This document shows, piece by piece, positions 62,867-64,000 of a stretch of DNA of 64,000 bases (the stretch's first letter is position 1; each line of letters starts with the position of its first letter). The notes under the pieces were generated by a model. That model was not told the DNA's origin. It ran no database searches and saw only the letters and a program-made list of their open reading frames with translations. This DNA is from Eremomyces bilateralis CBS 781.70 (Eukaryota), in assembly GCA_010015585.1 (NCBI GenBank), contig ML975150.1. One strand, written 5' to 3'. Made by a program: the position numbers and the translations under genes.

Positions 62867-64000
62867 ATGTCTCGGGCACCGTATGATGCGGTCATCATCG
62901 GCTCTGGGCAGTCAGGGAATCCATTGGCAAAGGCCTTCGCGGATACCGGACGAAAGACGGCCTTGATTGAGAAGGCGGACATAGGAGGAACATGTGTGAA
63001 CTGGGGCTGCACCCCAACGAAGACCATGATTGCATCAGGAAGAGCAGCATACTTGGCCAGGCGAGGAGCGAACTACGGTGTCAATGCCGGCAAGAATGTC
63101 AATTCTGACGTCTTGGTCGACATGGAAAGAGTCCGGGAACGCAAGAGAGATATCGTAGCGAGCTTCAGCGGAGGGAATGAAAGTCGATTGCTGGAAGCAG
63201 GAGTGGATGTTTTAAAAGGAGAAGCTAGGTTCACGGGGCCGAAGTCGCTCACTGTGAGGATGAACGATGGTGGCGACAAGGAGGTCACAAGCGATCTGAT
63301 CTTCATCAACGTGGGAGAGCGGCCGTCGAGACCAGATCTGTCAGGTATTGATAGCATTCCGCCTGAGCGAGTGCTAGATTCGACAACCATCATGGAGCTT
63401 GGCTCGGTACCAGAGCATCTGATCGTACTTGGCGGCGGCTACATTGGATTGGAATTCGGACAATTATTCCGTCGATTTGGTTCGAAGATTACGATCATCC
63501 AACGGGCGGAACGTCTTATACCTCGAGAAGACCCGGATGTCTCGAAGTGCATGTTGGATATCCTGGAAGAAGATGGAACCTGTGTCTACCTATCGAGCCA
63601 GCCCAACTCCATATCGCGTACAAAGAATGAGGCTTTGCCAGTTTCATTGAGCATCAAATTTACTGACGGCAGGACGAAAACCATCGAAGGTTCGCATTTG
63701 CTCCTTGCTGCGGGTCGAACTCCCAACACGGACACGCTCAACTTGACTGCTGCCGGGGTCACTACTTCTCCCCGCGGCCATGTTCTCGTCCACGATGACC
63801 TTTCTACCCATGTTCCAGGCATATTTGCAATCGGCGACGCCAAGGGTGGCCCTGCCTTCACTCACATATCCTACGACGACTTCCGCATCATTCGCTCCAA
63901 CCATATTCCATCCGCCATGTCACCAACGGCGCGGAGGCTGTCGACAACGAAGGTGTCATCGTCGCGAAGGCTGACCCCGTACGTGATCTATACCGATCCA
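62867..64000 (+). CDS. Pyridine nucleotide-disulfide oxidoreductase, mercuric reductase-like (partial, runs off the window)
   Basis: Not in the ORF track. YDAVIIGSGQSG, GGTCVNWGCTPTK, LGGGYIGLEFGQ, AAGRTPN and AIGDAKGGPAFTHISYDDFRI. No intron in the visible part. Confidence 0.93.
   Translation, partial: MSRAPYDAVIIGSGQSGNPLAKAFADTGRKTALIEKADIGGTCVNWGCTPTKTMIASGRAAYLARRGANYGVNAGKNVNSDVLVDMERVRERKRDIVASFSGGNESRLLEAGVDVLKGEARFTGPKSLTVRMNDGGDKEVTSDLIFINVGERPSRPDLSGIDSIPPERVLDSTTIMELGSVPEHLIVLGGGYIGLEFGQLFRRFGSKITIIQRAERLIPREDPDVSKCMLDILEEDGTCVYLSSQPNSISRTKNEALPVSLSIKFTDGRTKTIEGSHLLLAAGRTPNTDTLNLTAAGVTTSPRGHVLVHDDLSTHVPGIFAIGDAKGGPAFTHISYDDFRIIRSNHIPSAMSPTARRLSTTKVSSSRRLTPYVIYTDP

Overview
Filamentous ascomycete (Pezizomycotina) nuclear DNA with short GT-AG introns. 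Two blocks of conserved genes flank an accessory island. Left block: FlbE-like, LENG1/Cir_N, MEP/Amt ammonium permease, ATG26, PEP4, EI24-like, TetX-like monooxygenase. Right block: SH3 membrane protein, GH128, SLX4, a stand-alone AIR synthetase, malic enzyme, M28 carboxypeptidase, BRCT protein, MerA-like oxidoreductase. The island (about 24.5-42.4 kb) holds a 5'-truncated Tad-like LINE, HET and HNH pseudogenes, an intact TRI12-like MFS pump, a TIR-bounded mutated Mutator element and an intact F-box gene. Its left edge is a 5S rRNA gene cut off after nucleotide 23, and its right edge is a tandem pair of complete 5S genes. This is the best candidate here for an undescribed system, possibly a relic of a 5S-targeting cargo element, but no recombinase and no matching 3' 5S half were seen. 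The first 3.8 kb contains two more disabled genes (HET, fucose permease). All family calls come from motif recognition without database searches. Exon boundaries were read by eye, and two N-gaps lie inside the island.
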